Position numbers and translations under genes: made by a program. DNA of 64,000 bases, from NCBI GenBank assembly GCA_964587625.1, contig CAZPLU010000005.1, positions 10,091 to 74,090 of the forward strand. The letters run 5' to 3'. The notes under the pieces were generated by a model, which was not told the origin of the DNA, made no database searches, and saw only the letters and a program-made list of their open reading frames with translations. Positions 17,851-28,037 of the stretch are shown piece by piece. Position 1 is the first letter of the stretch. Every line of letters begins with the position of its first letter. The stretch comes from an uncultured Eubacteriales bacterium (lineage in GTDB: Bacteria > Bacillota > Clostridia > Oscillospirales > JAKOTC01).

Positions 17851-19407
17851 TTAAAAGACGTCAATTGCAATCTCAGCCCATTTGACCGTAAAGGGCTCGC
17901 GCATCGCGGCGATCTCGACGATATGCGCCGTCGGCATTTCCGGTCTGTTTGCGATCTCAAAAGCGTGGTATTCCAATCCGGGATAACAAGGTGCGGGAAG
18001 TGTCGTTCTCCCCGTATAGTTTAACTTTTCGGCGTCGAGAAAGACGTCGAAATCTGATTCGGAGAGTCCTCTGCCCTCATCAACCCCCAACACAAAGTAC
18101 AGTTTTGTCCCCGGCGCCACTTTGCCGACCGGGATGCGCAGCGTTTTATATTCGGATTTGCCGACAAAGGCCGGATTGCCGCCGCCGCGTTTTGCGCACT
18201 CGAGCGGAAGCGGGTTTTTATGCGGTATGCCGGGCGCTTTGACGTCGCGGTAGGTCACGATATGACGGCGCGGTTTGCCCGCCAGCGCATCGGTGGAACC
18301 GAGTTCTTTGAGCATCTGCCGATATTGTTCCCCGTGGAACAGTGCCTGTTCGCCCGAGGGGTCATCCATGTAGTTGAACAAATACACGAAATCCGCGCCC
18401 AGCGCGAGGTTGGCGGCGGCCGTGCCGCGCGCGGTCTCGACGCTGTTATATAAAACCGCTTTTTTCGGCTCGGTGAACATCGAATCGATCAAGACCTCCT
18501 GCCCCGCCGCCAGTTTGACCGGCTTTCCGGCGAGCAGCTTTTTCCAAAAATCGATCGGCATATCGTTGTCCGAGGTCGCCCAGCGCGGCGTGACCGTGAT
18601 TAAATCAACCAAACCCCGATCGACCCATTCAAAAAAATCGAAGCCGAGCCGCAGGGCAAGCAGCGGGTCCGCGGGCAGCCGCACGGCGATTTGAATCGGG
18701 TGGCCCCATTTTTGCTCCGCTTTGTCGGCTTCTTTTCGGACGCGCTCCATCAGTTCGGTGATGAGCTTCGCGCCCTGCTCCTCGCGGCCGATGCGCAGCG
18801 AATAGATTTCGCGCATCCAGTCGAGTTCAAGCCCGTGTATGTCGAATTTTTGCAAGACCTCGGCCGCCAATGCGAATAGGTGTTCGCGCACCTCGGGATA
18901 ACAAAAATCAAGGGCGTTGTCGTAGTAGTCGCAGGCCCCGAGCGTGTGGTGCAGGCCGCGGCGCTTTTCCTTGTTCTCGCGGAAAAAAGACGAGTGCAAA
19001 AAATGGTTTTCGTCGTCGTTGTTATGCACGTCGTTGGTGCGGAGCGAAATCCAGGGGTTTATGCCGATCTCGCGCAGGCGGGCGATCCAGATTTGATACA
19101 TGTCGAGGCCCTGATCGAAATAGATGCTTTTCAGCACCTCGACATAGCCGCCGTTGGACAGCGGGAGCTCCCCGTCGAGGTTTCCGCCCGCTTTTTTGAC
19201 GCGTTCATAATTGCGCAGCGCGTCGTCGCGGCTCTCGCACGGAAACCACGCGATGCTGCCGTTGACGTTGAGGAAGAAGTCGGTCACGCCCGTGTCTTGA
19301 TACTGGTCGATGAATTCATGCAGCTCTTTCAGGCCGACTTTGATATGATTGCGGTAACGTGTGTAAATAAAGTGATTGCAATCCTCGTTGAATAATATTC
19401 CGCCCAT
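17851..19407 (-). CDS. Hypothetical cytoplasmic protein, 518 aa; possible glycoside-hydrolase-like TIM barrel
   Basis: Long clean ORF with AAGGAG 8 nt upstream. No signal peptide. Segments such as FFLNVN, GLELDWMRE and FVYLFNY loosely resemble GH-like barrels, but I recognise no diagnostic motif. Confidence 0.45.
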   Translation of the reverse strand: MGGILFNEDCNHFIYTRYRNHIKVGLKELHEFIDQYQDTGVTDFFLNVNGSIAWFPCESRDDALRNYERVKKAGGNLDGELPLSNGGYVEVLKSIYFDQGLDMYQIWIARLREIGINPWISLRTNDVHNNDDENHFLHSSFFRENKEKRRGLHHTLGACDYYDNALDFCYPEVREHLFALAAEVLQKFDIHGLELDWMREIYSLRIGREEQGAKLITELMERVRKEADKAEQKWGHPIQIAVRLPADPLLALRLGFDFFEWVDRGLVDLITVTPRWATSDNDMPIDFWKKLLAGKPVKLAAGQEVLIDSMFTEPKKAVLYNSVETARGTAAANLALGADFVYLFNYMDDPSGEQALFHGEQYRQMLKELGSTDALAGKPRRHIVTYRDVKAPGIPHKNPLPLECAKRGGGNPAFVGKSEYKTLRIPVGKVAPGTKLYFVLGVDEGRGLSESDFDVFLDAEKLNYTGRTTLPAPCYPGLEYHAFEIANRPEMPTAHIVEIAAMREPFTVKWAEIAIDVF

Positions 19408-19437
19408 GATTTACGCTCCTTGAGTTCAATCTTCGGC

Positions 19438-19467
19438 AAAGAGAAAGGCAAGCCGAAACGGCCTGCC
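19438..19467 (-). terminator. Possible terminator after ireB
   Basis: Minus strand GGCAGGCCG-TTT-CGGCTTGCC followed by TTTCTCTTT. Confidence 0.4.
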
Positions 19468-19487
19468 GTGCTGCTGATTCTTTTGTT

Positions 19488-19766
19488 TTAATCGGCGAGA
19501 TAGGACTTGAGCAGCGCCGTCAACAGCTCGTCCCGGTCGATCTTGCGAATCAGCGACCGGGCGTTTTTATAAGTCGTGATATAGGTGGGATCTTCCGACA
19601 GGATATAGCCGACGATCTGGTTGATCGGGTTATATCCCTTTTCCGCCATCGCGTCAAAAACGGCGGTCAAAATCTGTTTCATCTCGCCGTCCTTGTCGCC
19701 GGGGATTAAGAAGGGCTTGGTCGGCTCGGATTGCGTCAATTGATTGACCGGATTATTTTCGTTCAT
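19488..19766 (-). CDS. ireB: IreB family regulatory phosphoprotein (UPF0297)
   Basis: [49 protein letters not shown] is the hallmark UPF0297/IreB core. Start at MNENN, 8 nt after GGGAGG. Confidence 0.85.
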   Translation of the reverse strand: MNENNPVNQLTQSEPTKPFLIPGDKDGEMKQILTAVFDAMAEKGYNPINQIVGYILSEDPTYITTYKNARSLIRKIDRDELLTALLKSYLAD

Positions 19767-19880
19767 GCATCGCACCTCCCGGAGACATTTGCTGTGATGG
19801 ATATCATTATTATACCTTATGCTCGTCCGAATTGCAATATGATGATTTTATTTTTGGCACAATCCGCCAATTTCAGGCGA

Positions 19881-19916
19881 TAAAAATATCCGAACGGTCA
19901 AAAACCGTTCGGATAC
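19881..19916 (-). terminator. Intrinsic terminator (minus strand)
   Basis: 12-bp stem TATCCGAACGGT-TTTTTG-ACCGTTCGGATA followed by TTTTTAT on the minus strand. Confidence 0.65.
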
Positions 19917-20251
19917 TCATTGTTCTATGCTCTTTTTATCACAATGACGCCTTTTTTCTCACGGCGAACCAGAGTTCGACGTAGCCCTTTTTCCCGTCTC
20001 CGCCGTAGACCTCGAGGTTGAGCCCGCCAACCTACTCGTATTCCACCGTCGGCAGCCAGCCCGAAAAGAAGTTTTTATACAGCGTATTGCAGACGCGCGG
20101 CGACCGTTAAAACCAAGATATATATGGACTTCTTTAACATCATGTGTGCCTCCTATCCGTTTTGATGATATCTCAGATGCGAAATGTTCAAAGTATGGCT
20201 CCTTAAAACTTTCGCGTACATACCCGATCGGAATGGATTCACGCTCCGGCG

Positions 20252-21007
20252 TCACCGGTCTTCGTACAGCGTTTGCTTGAATTCCTCATAGGTCATCGTG
20301 ACCTCGCCCTCGGCGAGCGGGCCGAATTTCCCGTCCCCGAGGTACCGCATCTCATACCGCCGTTCGATCACTTCATCGTCCGGGATCTTATCCACGTTGT
20401 CGGTCAGGTTTCCGTAGCCGTCCCTCAATTCGATCTCGGCGATCCCATTGCTGGTGCCGGCGAATATCGACGGCCCGTGATACCGCCGCGTGCCCTGAAA
20501 AATCAGCCGGTCCCCTTCGATCCGGAAGTGGATATAGCCGTATTGTTCTATGTCGAAATGCGTGAGATACATCCCGTTACCGTCCAGGTCGTGAATATGC
20601 AACAACACGTTTCCACCGGTGTCGATCACGTAAAAATTCATGCCTGTGACATCGCCGCCGGAATTCACGACGAGCAGGATCAGATCGTCGAGCGCTTGCG
20701 CCGACGAAACGCCCCAGCACTCCCTGATCGCGACGGGCCTGCCGTCGATTGTCAGCGCCGGCGCCCGCGTGTTCGGGCCCGCGTAGGACAGCGTCAGCTC
20801 CACGGTTTTGCTTTTGCATTGCACCGACGCGGCCGCGGCGCCCCCCTCCGCGGGCAGGTCAAAGACGTCGCCGCCGATGAGCGCGCCGACATAATAGCTT
20901 CCGGCGTTCTCTTGGGAAGAAAGCGCCGATGAAACATTTCCTCTTTCCCCGCACCCGCAGAGCAGGACGAAAATCAAAATGACCGCGTAAAATATCTTTT
21001 TTGGCAT
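20252..21007 (-). CDS. Hypothetical lipoprotein
   Basis: Lipobox MPKKIFYAVILIFVLLCGCGERGNVSSALSS. No recognisable catalytic motif. Confidence 0.6.
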   Translation of the reverse strand: MPKKIFYAVILIFVLLCGCGERGNVSSALSSQENAGSYYVGALIGGDVFDLPAEGGAAAASVQCKSKTVELTLSYAGPNTRAPALTIDGRPVAIRECWGVSSAQALDDLILLVVNSGGDVTGMNFYVIDTGGNVLLHIHDLDGNGMYLTHFDIEQYGYIHFRIEGDRLIFQGTRRYHGPSIFAGTSNGIAEIELRDGYGNLTDNVDKIPDDEVIERRYEMRYLGDGKFGPLAEGEVTMTYEEFKQTLYEDR

Positions 21008-21047
21008 AATATACACTCCCTGATTAATGTAATTGGCCCTCTGTTCA

Positions 21048-22469
21048 TCAATTTGTTTCTGCCCATGGTGAATTCGCATAGAATGATTGATGATCGCACG
21101 ATAAGACGATGGAGCCGTCTTTGTCAAAAGAATATGTAATAATGGCGTCGCCCTCTCCGGTTCCTTGATCGACGGTAATTTTATCAGGTGAAACCTCGAT
21201 AAAGTACATGGAACGGCTCAATAATTTGCTTCGTTTTGTTTGCAGATCGTAGATCATCAGAGAACTTTTAGAAAAATTACACAAAAAGTAACGGTCGTTG
21301 ATCCAAACGGCGCCGCCGAAAAAGGGGCTTGTCAAAATTGTAAAATCGGGTTCGCTTCCGTCTTTATAAAGGACGTTAAATCCGGTGACGAGCGGCGAAG
21401 TCCAATCTTGATTATCAACAAGGATAACATTGCCGTCGGGCGAAACCACGCCCTCTTCTGCCGCCCGTTGTGCGGCTTCGGCTTTTTCGTGAATACGGTT
21501 TTGCTCTTTTATAAAAACCAGATCGTCGGTCAATTGGTATTCGATCAGCACGTTTCCGTCCCGATCGGCGATATCAGCCGTATTTTCGATTGACGGCAGC
21601 GAACCGGTGTTTCCGTAAATACGCAGGATGGGGCCGTTTTGTTTGCGATTATCCCATTGAATTTCGATTCCCGCCGTATAGGAGGCATAACCCACTTTTC
21701 CGGCCCGGCTTGTATATCTGTCTTGAAAAACCAACGCATAATGATAATTGTAATTTTGAAACCGCGCCGCGAAGTGCTCGGCCAGTTTTTCGGCCAGTTC
21801 GCGGGAGTACCCGCTCTCTTGGCAAAGCGCCTGCGCCTGTCGCAGGGCTTCGGCTTGATTCGCTTCGGCGAAAACAGGATAGACGGAAATTTCTTCAATC
21901 CGGTCGCTGCCAATAAAAAAGAGATAAAAGTCCTCCGCTCTGTACCCGAATAAGTACAATGAATCGTCGATAAACTGCGGTTTTCCCAAGCGGCTGATGA
22001 TTGCTTTTTTGGAACTTTTCATCGTAACGCCGTCTGCGATCTCGCCTTTATAATTTTGGTTCAATATAATGGTTTCGATATTCCCGACCGGTTCGGTATA
22101 ATATCCGATGGACTCCGGGTAATATGTAGTTATTTCGCTGTACTTGACATTGATTCCTTGATCAAAGTAAACGTCATATCGGTTGAAATAAGCGTCGCGC
22201 TTGCCCAAAACGGCCTGAGCGGAATCATGCTGCCATTCCATATCCATCAGTTGCTGCAAGAAGGAGTCGTTCTCAAAAGAGAGCTTTATCCGGCTGACAA
22301 CGTCTGCGGTGACAGCGTTTACGGCTTCGGAAGATGCAGAGGAAACATTGATTCCTCCTCCGCACCCGCAGAGTGCGACGACAGTCAAAATTAAGATACA
22401 TATGACCTTTTTCAATCCGCTCCATTCCTCCCGTCCATTTGCATTAAACTTTTTATCATTATTGATCAT
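21048..22469 (-). CDS. Hypothetical lipoprotein
   Basis: N-terminal LKKVICILILTVVALCGCGGGINVSSASSE lipobox, closely resembling that of the downstream gene. The rest is unassigned. Confidence 0.6.
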   Translation of the reverse strand: MINNDKKFNANGREEWSGLKKVICILILTVVALCGCGGGINVSSASSEAVNAVTADVVSRIKLSFENDSFLQQLMDMEWQHDSAQAVLGKRDAYFNRYDVYFDQGINVKYSEITTYYPESIGYYTEPVGNIETIILNQNYKGEIADGVTMKSSKKAIISRLGKPQFIDDSLYLFGYRAEDFYLFFIGSDRIEEISVYPVFAEANQAEALRQAQALCQESGYSRELAEKLAEHFAARFQNYNYHYALVFQDRYTSRAGKVGYASYTAGIEIQWDNRKQNGPILRIYGNTGSLPSIENTADIADRDGNVLIEYQLTDDLVFIKEQNRIHEKAEAAQRAAEEGVVSPDGNVILVDNQDWTSPLVTGFNVLYKDGSEPDFTILTSPFFGGAVWINDRYFLCNFSKSSLMIYDLQTKRSKLLSRSMYFIEVSPDKITVDQGTGEGDAIITYSFDKDGSIVLSCDHQSFYANSPWAETN

Positions 22470-22492
22470 AACCTGTTCCCGTACCAATCTTG

Positions 22493-23524
22493 CTAAAACC
22501 GCGTGATTTTCAACGCGCCCACTTTCCCGTTGACCGGGATCAATATGATGTCCCCGTCCATGTAGGTCGGATTAAAAATCCAGGGATCATTCGCTCCCCG
22601 GTCATACGGGATTTTATCGTAGTCAAAAACGGGCGGTATAACGACTTCACCGTCCACGTCGATCAAGCCGATCTTGCCGTTTTGCAAAATCAGCGCCAGC
22701 CCGTGATATGCCCCGCCGATTAAATCAAAACGCGTCTCGTTCAAAAGGTTTTCGTTAAAATCATACACCTGAAAATAATAGGCGCCGGGTTCGCCCGACA
22801 TGATGCTGACCGAATGATCGGATAGGATGGCCGCCCAATCGTTGGCATCCGGCGTCCGGCCCACGATCTCACCGTTCGTATTGATGACGACGTTTTTATG
22901 TTCCCCTTCGGCTAATTTGGCAAAGCAAAGACCGTTCGTGAATATGCCGGTATTTTTAAAAATCGTCTCGGTCAGCTTATACCCGTTCCTGTCCATCAAT
23001 CCGAGCAATGTATAGCCGTCCGGTAAAACATCTCCGTCGTAAAGATACATATCCTCTCCGATATTGCGGGAGGCCCCGGAGGGCCGTGTATCCGAATGAT
23101 AAAACGGATCGATTCCCGATCCTGTTATTTTTCCTTCGGCATTTATGGTTGCCCACGTACCGTTCTCAAGCTCAATCAAAGCGCGGCCGTCCGGACCGAA
23201 AGAATCGCATTGCCAAAATCCGCTTCTTCCGATCGTTTCGCCGGTTTTATCCATAAAAGTATATCGCTGGGTTTCATTTAACAGCAAGATCACATAGCCG
23301 TTGACATACCGATAACCGTTGCGCGGTTTATAAAAATCCACGCTGGCGCTGTCGATATCAGAAATAAACGCATAAGACATCTCAATCGTTTTTCCGCCGT
23401 ATGTCCCTTTGACCGGCTCATGCGGATAAGCCGTCTCGGAGCCGGAGAGGGAGGGAACGGAGCAACCGGTCAATAAAATCGCGCTCAATAAACATAAAAG
23501 CGCCGGGGCGTGCAGCCTTTTCAT
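22493..23524 (-). CDS. WG-repeat (KWG-type) lipoprotein
   Basis: Lipobox MKRLHAPALLCLLSAILLTGC. Repeated modules such as NGKIGLIDVDGEVVIPPVFDYD, GTWATINAEGKITG and LGLMDRNGYKLTETIFKN are typical of WG beta repeats. Confidence 0.65.
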   Translation of the reverse strand: MKRLHAPALLCLLSAILLTGCSVPSLSGSETAYPHEPVKGTYGGKTIEMSYAFISDIDSASVDFYKPRNGYRYVNGYVILLLNETQRYTFMDKTGETIGRSGFWQCDSFGPDGRALIELENGTWATINAEGKITGSGIDPFYHSDTRPSGASRNIGEDMYLYDGDVLPDGYTLLGLMDRNGYKLTETIFKNTGIFTNGLCFAKLAEGEHKNVVINTNGEIVGRTPDANDWAAILSDHSVSIMSGEPGAYYFQVYDFNENLLNETRFDLIGGAYHGLALILQNGKIGLIDVDGEVVIPPVFDYDKIPYDRGANDPWIFNPTYMDGDIILIPVNGKVGALKITRF

Positions 23525-23543
23525 GATTTTCCTCCTGTCAGAT

Positions 23544-24611
23544 TCAATCGTCTCTGCCTAACACCGCTTTCATCGCCGCGCAGAGGGTCTTGGCCTCCTC
23601 GAAAGACGAGGTATAAATCTGATAAATGACATTGCGCTTTTCGGGGATTTTTCCCGCCAGAATCGGAGCGACCCGCTCGGGATTCATGTACGGAAGCAGG
23701 GCGACCCGCTCCGGCGCGCGCGCTGAGAGCTCCCATACGTCGTGGTGCGCGCCGTCGAAGTCGACGCCGAACAGGTTCGGAATCGAAAAAAACGACGCCA
23801 TCTGCCCGTTGTCGTGGGTGCCGCAATAGTGGATGCGCCCCTCGGTGAACGCGTCGAGCAGCATGCGGTCGTATTTTTTGATGTAGGTCTCATAAAACGC
23901 GGTCGAGACATTGTGCAACGTGCAGTTGCAAATGCGTAAATTGCCACGCCAGACGCCGCTCCAGTCGTATAAAAAGCCCTTTCCGATGCCGCACAATTCG
24001 TGATACCGGCGGGTCATTTTGATTTGAAAGCGCGTCACCTTATCGAGCAGAAGCTCAATCGCTTCCGGTTCGTCGTAAAAATCGGTGAAGATGTCGTTGC
24101 CGCGCAGCAGGTGGGCGTTGTTGAACGGGCCCTGCAGGTCGGGCAGCATGAACCCGACGCCGTAGGGCAGGTTTTCGAGGTAATATTCGTAATGCCGGTC
24201 GATTTCGGGGAAGCTGCCGCTTGTTTCGTCCGGGATTTCAAGTTCTTCAATTTCTTTCGCGTTGTTCACAACGGTGCTTTCGGTGCAGGGCAATTCGTTT
24301 TCGCGCCGGTAAATTTTACAGCCGAACGCCTCCGAGACCGGGACGGTTCCGAATTCGGCGCGCAGGGCGGGATAGGCGTCGTCGCCGACCGCCTGATGGA
24401 AACGGAAAATTTCAATTTGCTGTTCCATCGACGCGGCGGGGTTGCGCATACACTCGCCGATGGTGTATTTCCGTTCGAGCGGCGCGTGCAAAATCAACTT
24501 CGGCTCGGCCTTTTCATAATTAAAGCAAAAGTCATGCCATTTTTGAAACAGGTTATCCAGCCGCGCTCTTTCGGCGTCGGTCGCAAAAATACTGTTGCGG
24601 ATGTCACTCAT
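23544..24611 (-). CDS. Hypothetical cytoplasmic protein (possibly URO-D/MtaA-like barrel)
   Basis: Clean 355-aa ORF from MSDIRNS. The family assignment is only an impression from overall composition, with no motif confirmed. Confidence 0.35.
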   Translation of the reverse strand: MSDIRNSIFATDAERARLDNLFQKWHDFCFNYEKAEPKLILHAPLERKYTIGECMRNPAASMEQQIEIFRFHQAVGDDAYPALRAEFGTVPVSEAFGCKIYRRENELPCTESTVVNNAKEIEELEIPDETSGSFPEIDRHYEYYLENLPYGVGFMLPDLQGPFNNAHLLRGNDIFTDFYDEPEAIELLLDKVTRFQIKMTRRYHELCGIGKGFLYDWSGVWRGNLRICNCTLHNVSTAFYETYIKKYDRMLLDAFTEGRIHYCGTHDNGQMASFFSIPNLFGVDFDGAHHDVWELSARAPERVALLPYMNPERVAPILAGKIPEKRNVIYQIYTSSFEEAKTLCAAMKAVLGRDD

Positions 24612-24749
24612 TGCGCAAATCCCCTCTTGACGAAAATTCTTTTTTATCATAACACAAAACGCGATGCGCAACAACCTATTTTGCGGTTGTAAAAACGACA
24701 ATAATATGCTAAACTGGCTATGTTATCAGGATCGGAGGTGTTTTACTTT

Positions 24750-25556
24750 ATGCCCCTGCAGGACTACCACACGCATACAAATATTTCATTTGACTCCGAA
24801 TGCCCGCTCGAAACGTTGATCGAGAGCCGCAGGGCCGCCGGAATCGAATATCTGGCGGTCACCGACCACGCCGATTTCAGCGCCGCCGACCCCGAGACCA
24901 ACCGGCTGGAAAAGTTCACGGAGCGGTTCTCGCGGCTGCAGCGGCAACTGGAAATCCAAAAGCGCGAGTTCAGCGACATTGACATCGCTTTCGGCGTCGA
25001 GATCGGGCAGCCGGTCTTTTGCCCCGAAACCGCGTCCGAATTGGTCGCCCGCCTGCCGTTCGACGTGGTGCTGGCGAGCCAGCACGAGATCCCCGATCAA
25101 GAGGATTTTTATTTTATCGATTTTACCGGCGGCAAAAACCTGCCGCTTCTTGACGACTATTTCAATTTATTGTGCAAGGTGATCGCCTGGGGCGATTTCG
25201 ACGTTTTGGCGCATATGACCTACCCGTTCCGAAAAATGTACCGGCAGGGTGTAAAACCGGACGAGACCCGCTGGTTTGACGCAATCAAGGATGTTTTAAA
25301 ACTTTTAATCAAAGAAAAAAAGGCGCTTGAAATCAACCTCTCCTCGACGGGCGGGGGGCATGAGCCGATGCCGACCAAAACGATATTGGCCGCCTATAAG
25401 AACCTCGGCGGCGAGATGATTACCATCGGAACCGACGACCACAGGGCCGTGTATGCCGATAACGCCCGCGTCGGAGCGGAACTGGCAAAATCCCTCGGAT
25501 TCGAGTCGTTCACGGTCTATCATAAAAGGGAACCGCACCGGGTGCGGTTTGACTGA
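24750..25556 (+). CDS. PHP-domain histidinol-phosphatase family protein (HisJ/HisK-like)
   Basis: The N-terminal DYHTHTNISFDS plus LAVTDHADF are PHP metal-binding motifs. GGAGGTG RBS lies upstream of MPLQDYH. Confidence 0.75.
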   Translation: MPLQDYHTHTNISFDSECPLETLIESRRAAGIEYLAVTDHADFSAADPETNRLEKFTERFSRLQRQLEIQKREFSDIDIAFGVEIGQPVFCPETASELVARLPFDVVLASQHEIPDQEDFYFIDFTGGKNLPLLDDYFNLLCKVIAWGDFDVLAHMTYPFRKMYRQGVKPDETRWFDAIKDVLKLLIKEKKALEINLSSTGGGHEPMPTKTILAAYKNLGGEMITIGTDDHRAVYADNARVGAELAKSLGFESFTVYHKREPHRVRFD

Positions 25557-25577
25557 ACAGACAGGAGTTGACTTACC

Positions 25578-26069
25578 ATGGCAAACGGAATGAACATCCT
25601 CTCCCTGCTCGAGCAAAACGCGCGTCTCACGGCGGCGCAGCTGGCGCTGATGACCGGCGAAACCGAGGAGGCCGTCGCGAAACAACTCGACGAATACACC
25701 GCCAAGGGCGTGATCTGCGGCTACCGGGCGGTGATCAACTGGGAAAAGGCCGGCAGGGAGTTCATTCAGGCGTTCATCCGCATCAAAGTCACCCCGCAGC
25801 CCGAACAGGGTTTCGAGGCCGTCGCCCGCCGGATCATGACCATGCCCGAGGTGGACGGCGTCTATTTGGTCTCGGGCAGCTATGATATGTCGCTGACGAT
25901 GTCGGCCAAAAATCTGCGCGAGGTGGCGCATTTTGTCTCTGCCCGCCTCTCCCCGCTCGGCTCCGTGACCTCGACCGACACCACGTTCGTGCTGGAACGC
26001 TATAAAGAGGGCGGCGTATACTTCCTTGAAAACGGCGACACGGACGAGAAACGAGAGGTCATCCTGTGA
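25578..26069 (+). CDS. Lrp/AsnC family transcriptional regulator
   Basis: N-terminal HTH (ILSLLEQNARLTAAQLALMTGETEEAV) plus a C-terminal RAM/ACT-like domain. Overlaps the aminotransferase gene by 4 nt. Confidence 0.85.
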   Translation: MANGMNILSLLEQNARLTAAQLALMTGETEEAVAKQLDEYTAKGVICGYRAVINWEKAGREFIQAFIRIKVTPQPEQGFEAVARRIMTMPEVDGVYLVSGSYDMSLTMSAKNLREVAHFVSARLSPLGSVTSTDTTFVLERYKEGGVYFLENGDTDEKREVIL

Positions 26070-27232
26070 TCGATTATAAATTGCTGCTCAACCCGCTGGT
26101 ACAGTCGTTGAAACCCTCGGGCATCCGAAAGTTTTTCGACCTCGCCGAGGCGATGGACGATGTGATCTCGTTGGGCGTCGGCGAACCCGATTTCCAGACC
26201 CCGTGGCACATCCGTCAGGCCGGCATCGATTCTTTACAACAGGGCAAGACCAAATATACCGCAAACAAGGGCATGACCGAACTGCGCGTTGAGATTTCCA
26301 AGTATTTAAAACGCCGTTTCAACCTCGAATATGATCGCGATGACGAAATTGTTGTGACGGTCGGCGGCTCCGAGGCCATCGACATCACGCTGCGCGCGTT
26401 CGTAAACCCGGGCGACGAGGTGCTGCTGCCCGAGCCGTGTTTTGTGTGCTACGAACCGCTGGCGAAAATCTGCGGCGCAAAGGTCGTGCCCCTGCCCTGC
26501 GGGATGGATAATAATTTCAAGCTCTCGGCTGAGACGCTCAAAGCGGCCGTCACGCCGAAGTCAAAATTGTTGATTCTGCCCTTCCCCAACAACCCCACCG
26601 GCGCGATCATGACCGGGGACGAGTTGTTAAAAATCGCCGATGTACTCAAAGATACGAATATCGTCGTGCTCTCGGACGAGATCTATGCGGAATTGACTTA
26701 CGGGCATCATCATACCAGCTTCGCCTCGCTGCCCGGCATGCGGGAGCGCACGGTGATTGTCAACGGCTTTTCAAAGGCCTATGCGATGACCGGCTGGCGT
26801 TTGGGGTATACGGCTGCGCCCAAAGAGATTGCCGCTCAGCTTGCAAAACTGCACCAATTCGCCATCATGTGCGCGCCGACGACCGCCCAACACGCCGCCG
26901 TCGAGGCCCTGCGCCACGGCGACGGAGATATCGAGGAGATGCGCCGCCAATACGACATGCGCCGCCGTTTGATCGTCGGAACGCTGCGCTCGATGGGCTT
27001 TCCCTGTTTTGAGCCGGAGGGCGCGTTTTACGTCTTCCCCAAGATCGACGCGTTCGGCTTGACGGGTGAAGAATTCTGCGAGCGGCTGCTGAAACAGCAA
27101 CATGTCGCAATTGTTCCGGGCGAGGCGTTCGGAGAGAGCGGGAGGGGTTTTGCGCGCATCTCGTGCTCGTATTCGATCAACCATTTAGCCACGGCATTGG
27201 GGCGCATTGAGGCGTTTATCAAGACATTATAA
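26066..27232 (+). CDS. Class I/II pyridoxal-phosphate-dependent aminotransferase
   Basis: [16 protein letters not shown], and [16 protein letters not shown] containing the PLP lysine. Confidence 0.85.
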   Translation: MIDYKLLLNPLVQSLKPSGIRKFFDLAEAMDDVISLGVGEPDFQTPWHIRQAGIDSLQQGKTKYTANKGMTELRVEISKYLKRRFNLEYDRDDEIVVTVGGSEAIDITLRAFVNPGDEVLLPEPCFVCYEPLAKICGAKVVPLPCGMDNNFKLSAETLKAAVTPKSKLLILPFPNNPTGAIMTGDELLKIADVLKDTNIVVLSDEIYAELTYGHHHTSFASLPGMRERTVIVNGFSKAYAMTGWRLGYTAAPKEIAAQLAKLHQFAIMCAPTTAQHAAVEALRHGDGDIEEMRRQYDMRRRLIVGTLRSMGFPCFEPEGAFYVFPKIDAFGLTGEEFCERLLKQQHVAIVPGEAFGESGRGFARISCSYSINHLATALGRIEAFIKTL

Positions 27233-27260
27233 AGGTTTTGCTTTAGAGGATAATTTGTAT

Positions 27261-28007
27261 ATGAAGCTGATACTGCTGCGGCACGGGGAGAGCGAATGGA
27301 ATCTCGAAAACCGGTTTACCGGCTGGACGGACGTCGGCCTGTCCCAAACCGGCATCAAAGAGGCAAAAGGAGCCGGATATCTTTTAAAATCGAGCGGTTT
27401 TGATTTTGATGTCTGTTTTACATCAACTCTCAAACGGGCCATTCATACGCTCAATCTCGTGTTAGAGCAAATGGATCGCGAATGGCTGCCGGTGATCAAG
27501 TCGTGGAAATTAAACGAGCGGCATTACGGCGCGCTGCAAGGCCTGAACAAATCCGAGACGGCCGCAAAATACGGCGAACAACAGGTGCATATTTGGCGAA
27601 GGTCATTTGACATCCAACCGCCGGCGTTGAAATCGGATGATCCGAGAAATCCGGCATTGCAGGAACAATACCGAAAGATTAACCCATCCGAATTACCGCT
27701 GACCGAGAGTTTAAAAAATACGATTGCAAGAGTTATCCCGTATTTCAAGCAAGAGATCAAGCCGCGTATGCTAAACGGCGAACGCGTTCTGATCGCGGCG
27801 CACGGAAATTCGCTGCGCGCGTTGATTATGGTTTTTGAAAAACTCAACGAACGGGAGATCACGGAGGTCAATCTGCCGACCGGAGTTCCTTTACTTTATG
27901 AATTTGCGGAGGACTTCACCGTTGCCGGTAAAAAGTATTTGGGAGACCTTGAGACAATCAAAGAAAAAGCGGCGAAGGTCGCAAATCAGGGAAAAGCAAA
28001 AGTTTAA
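27261..28007 (+). CDS. gpmA: 2,3-bisphosphoglycerate-dependent phosphoglycerate mutase
   Basis: [30 protein letters not shown] and [10 protein letters not shown]. Confidence 0.9.
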   Translation: MKLILLRHGESEWNLENRFTGWTDVGLSQTGIKEAKGAGYLLKSSGFDFDVCFTSTLKRAIHTLNLVLEQMDREWLPVIKSWKLNERHYGALQGLNKSETAAKYGEQQVHIWRRSFDIQPPALKSDDPRNPALQEQYRKINPSELPLTESLKNTIARVIPYFKQEIKPRMLNGERVLIAAHGNSLRALIMVFEKLNEREITEVNLPTGVPLLYEFAEDFTVAGKKYLGDLETIKEKAAKVANQGKAKV

Positions 28008-28037
28008 ATTTGTTTTCTGCAAAGGACGGTTCTGTTT

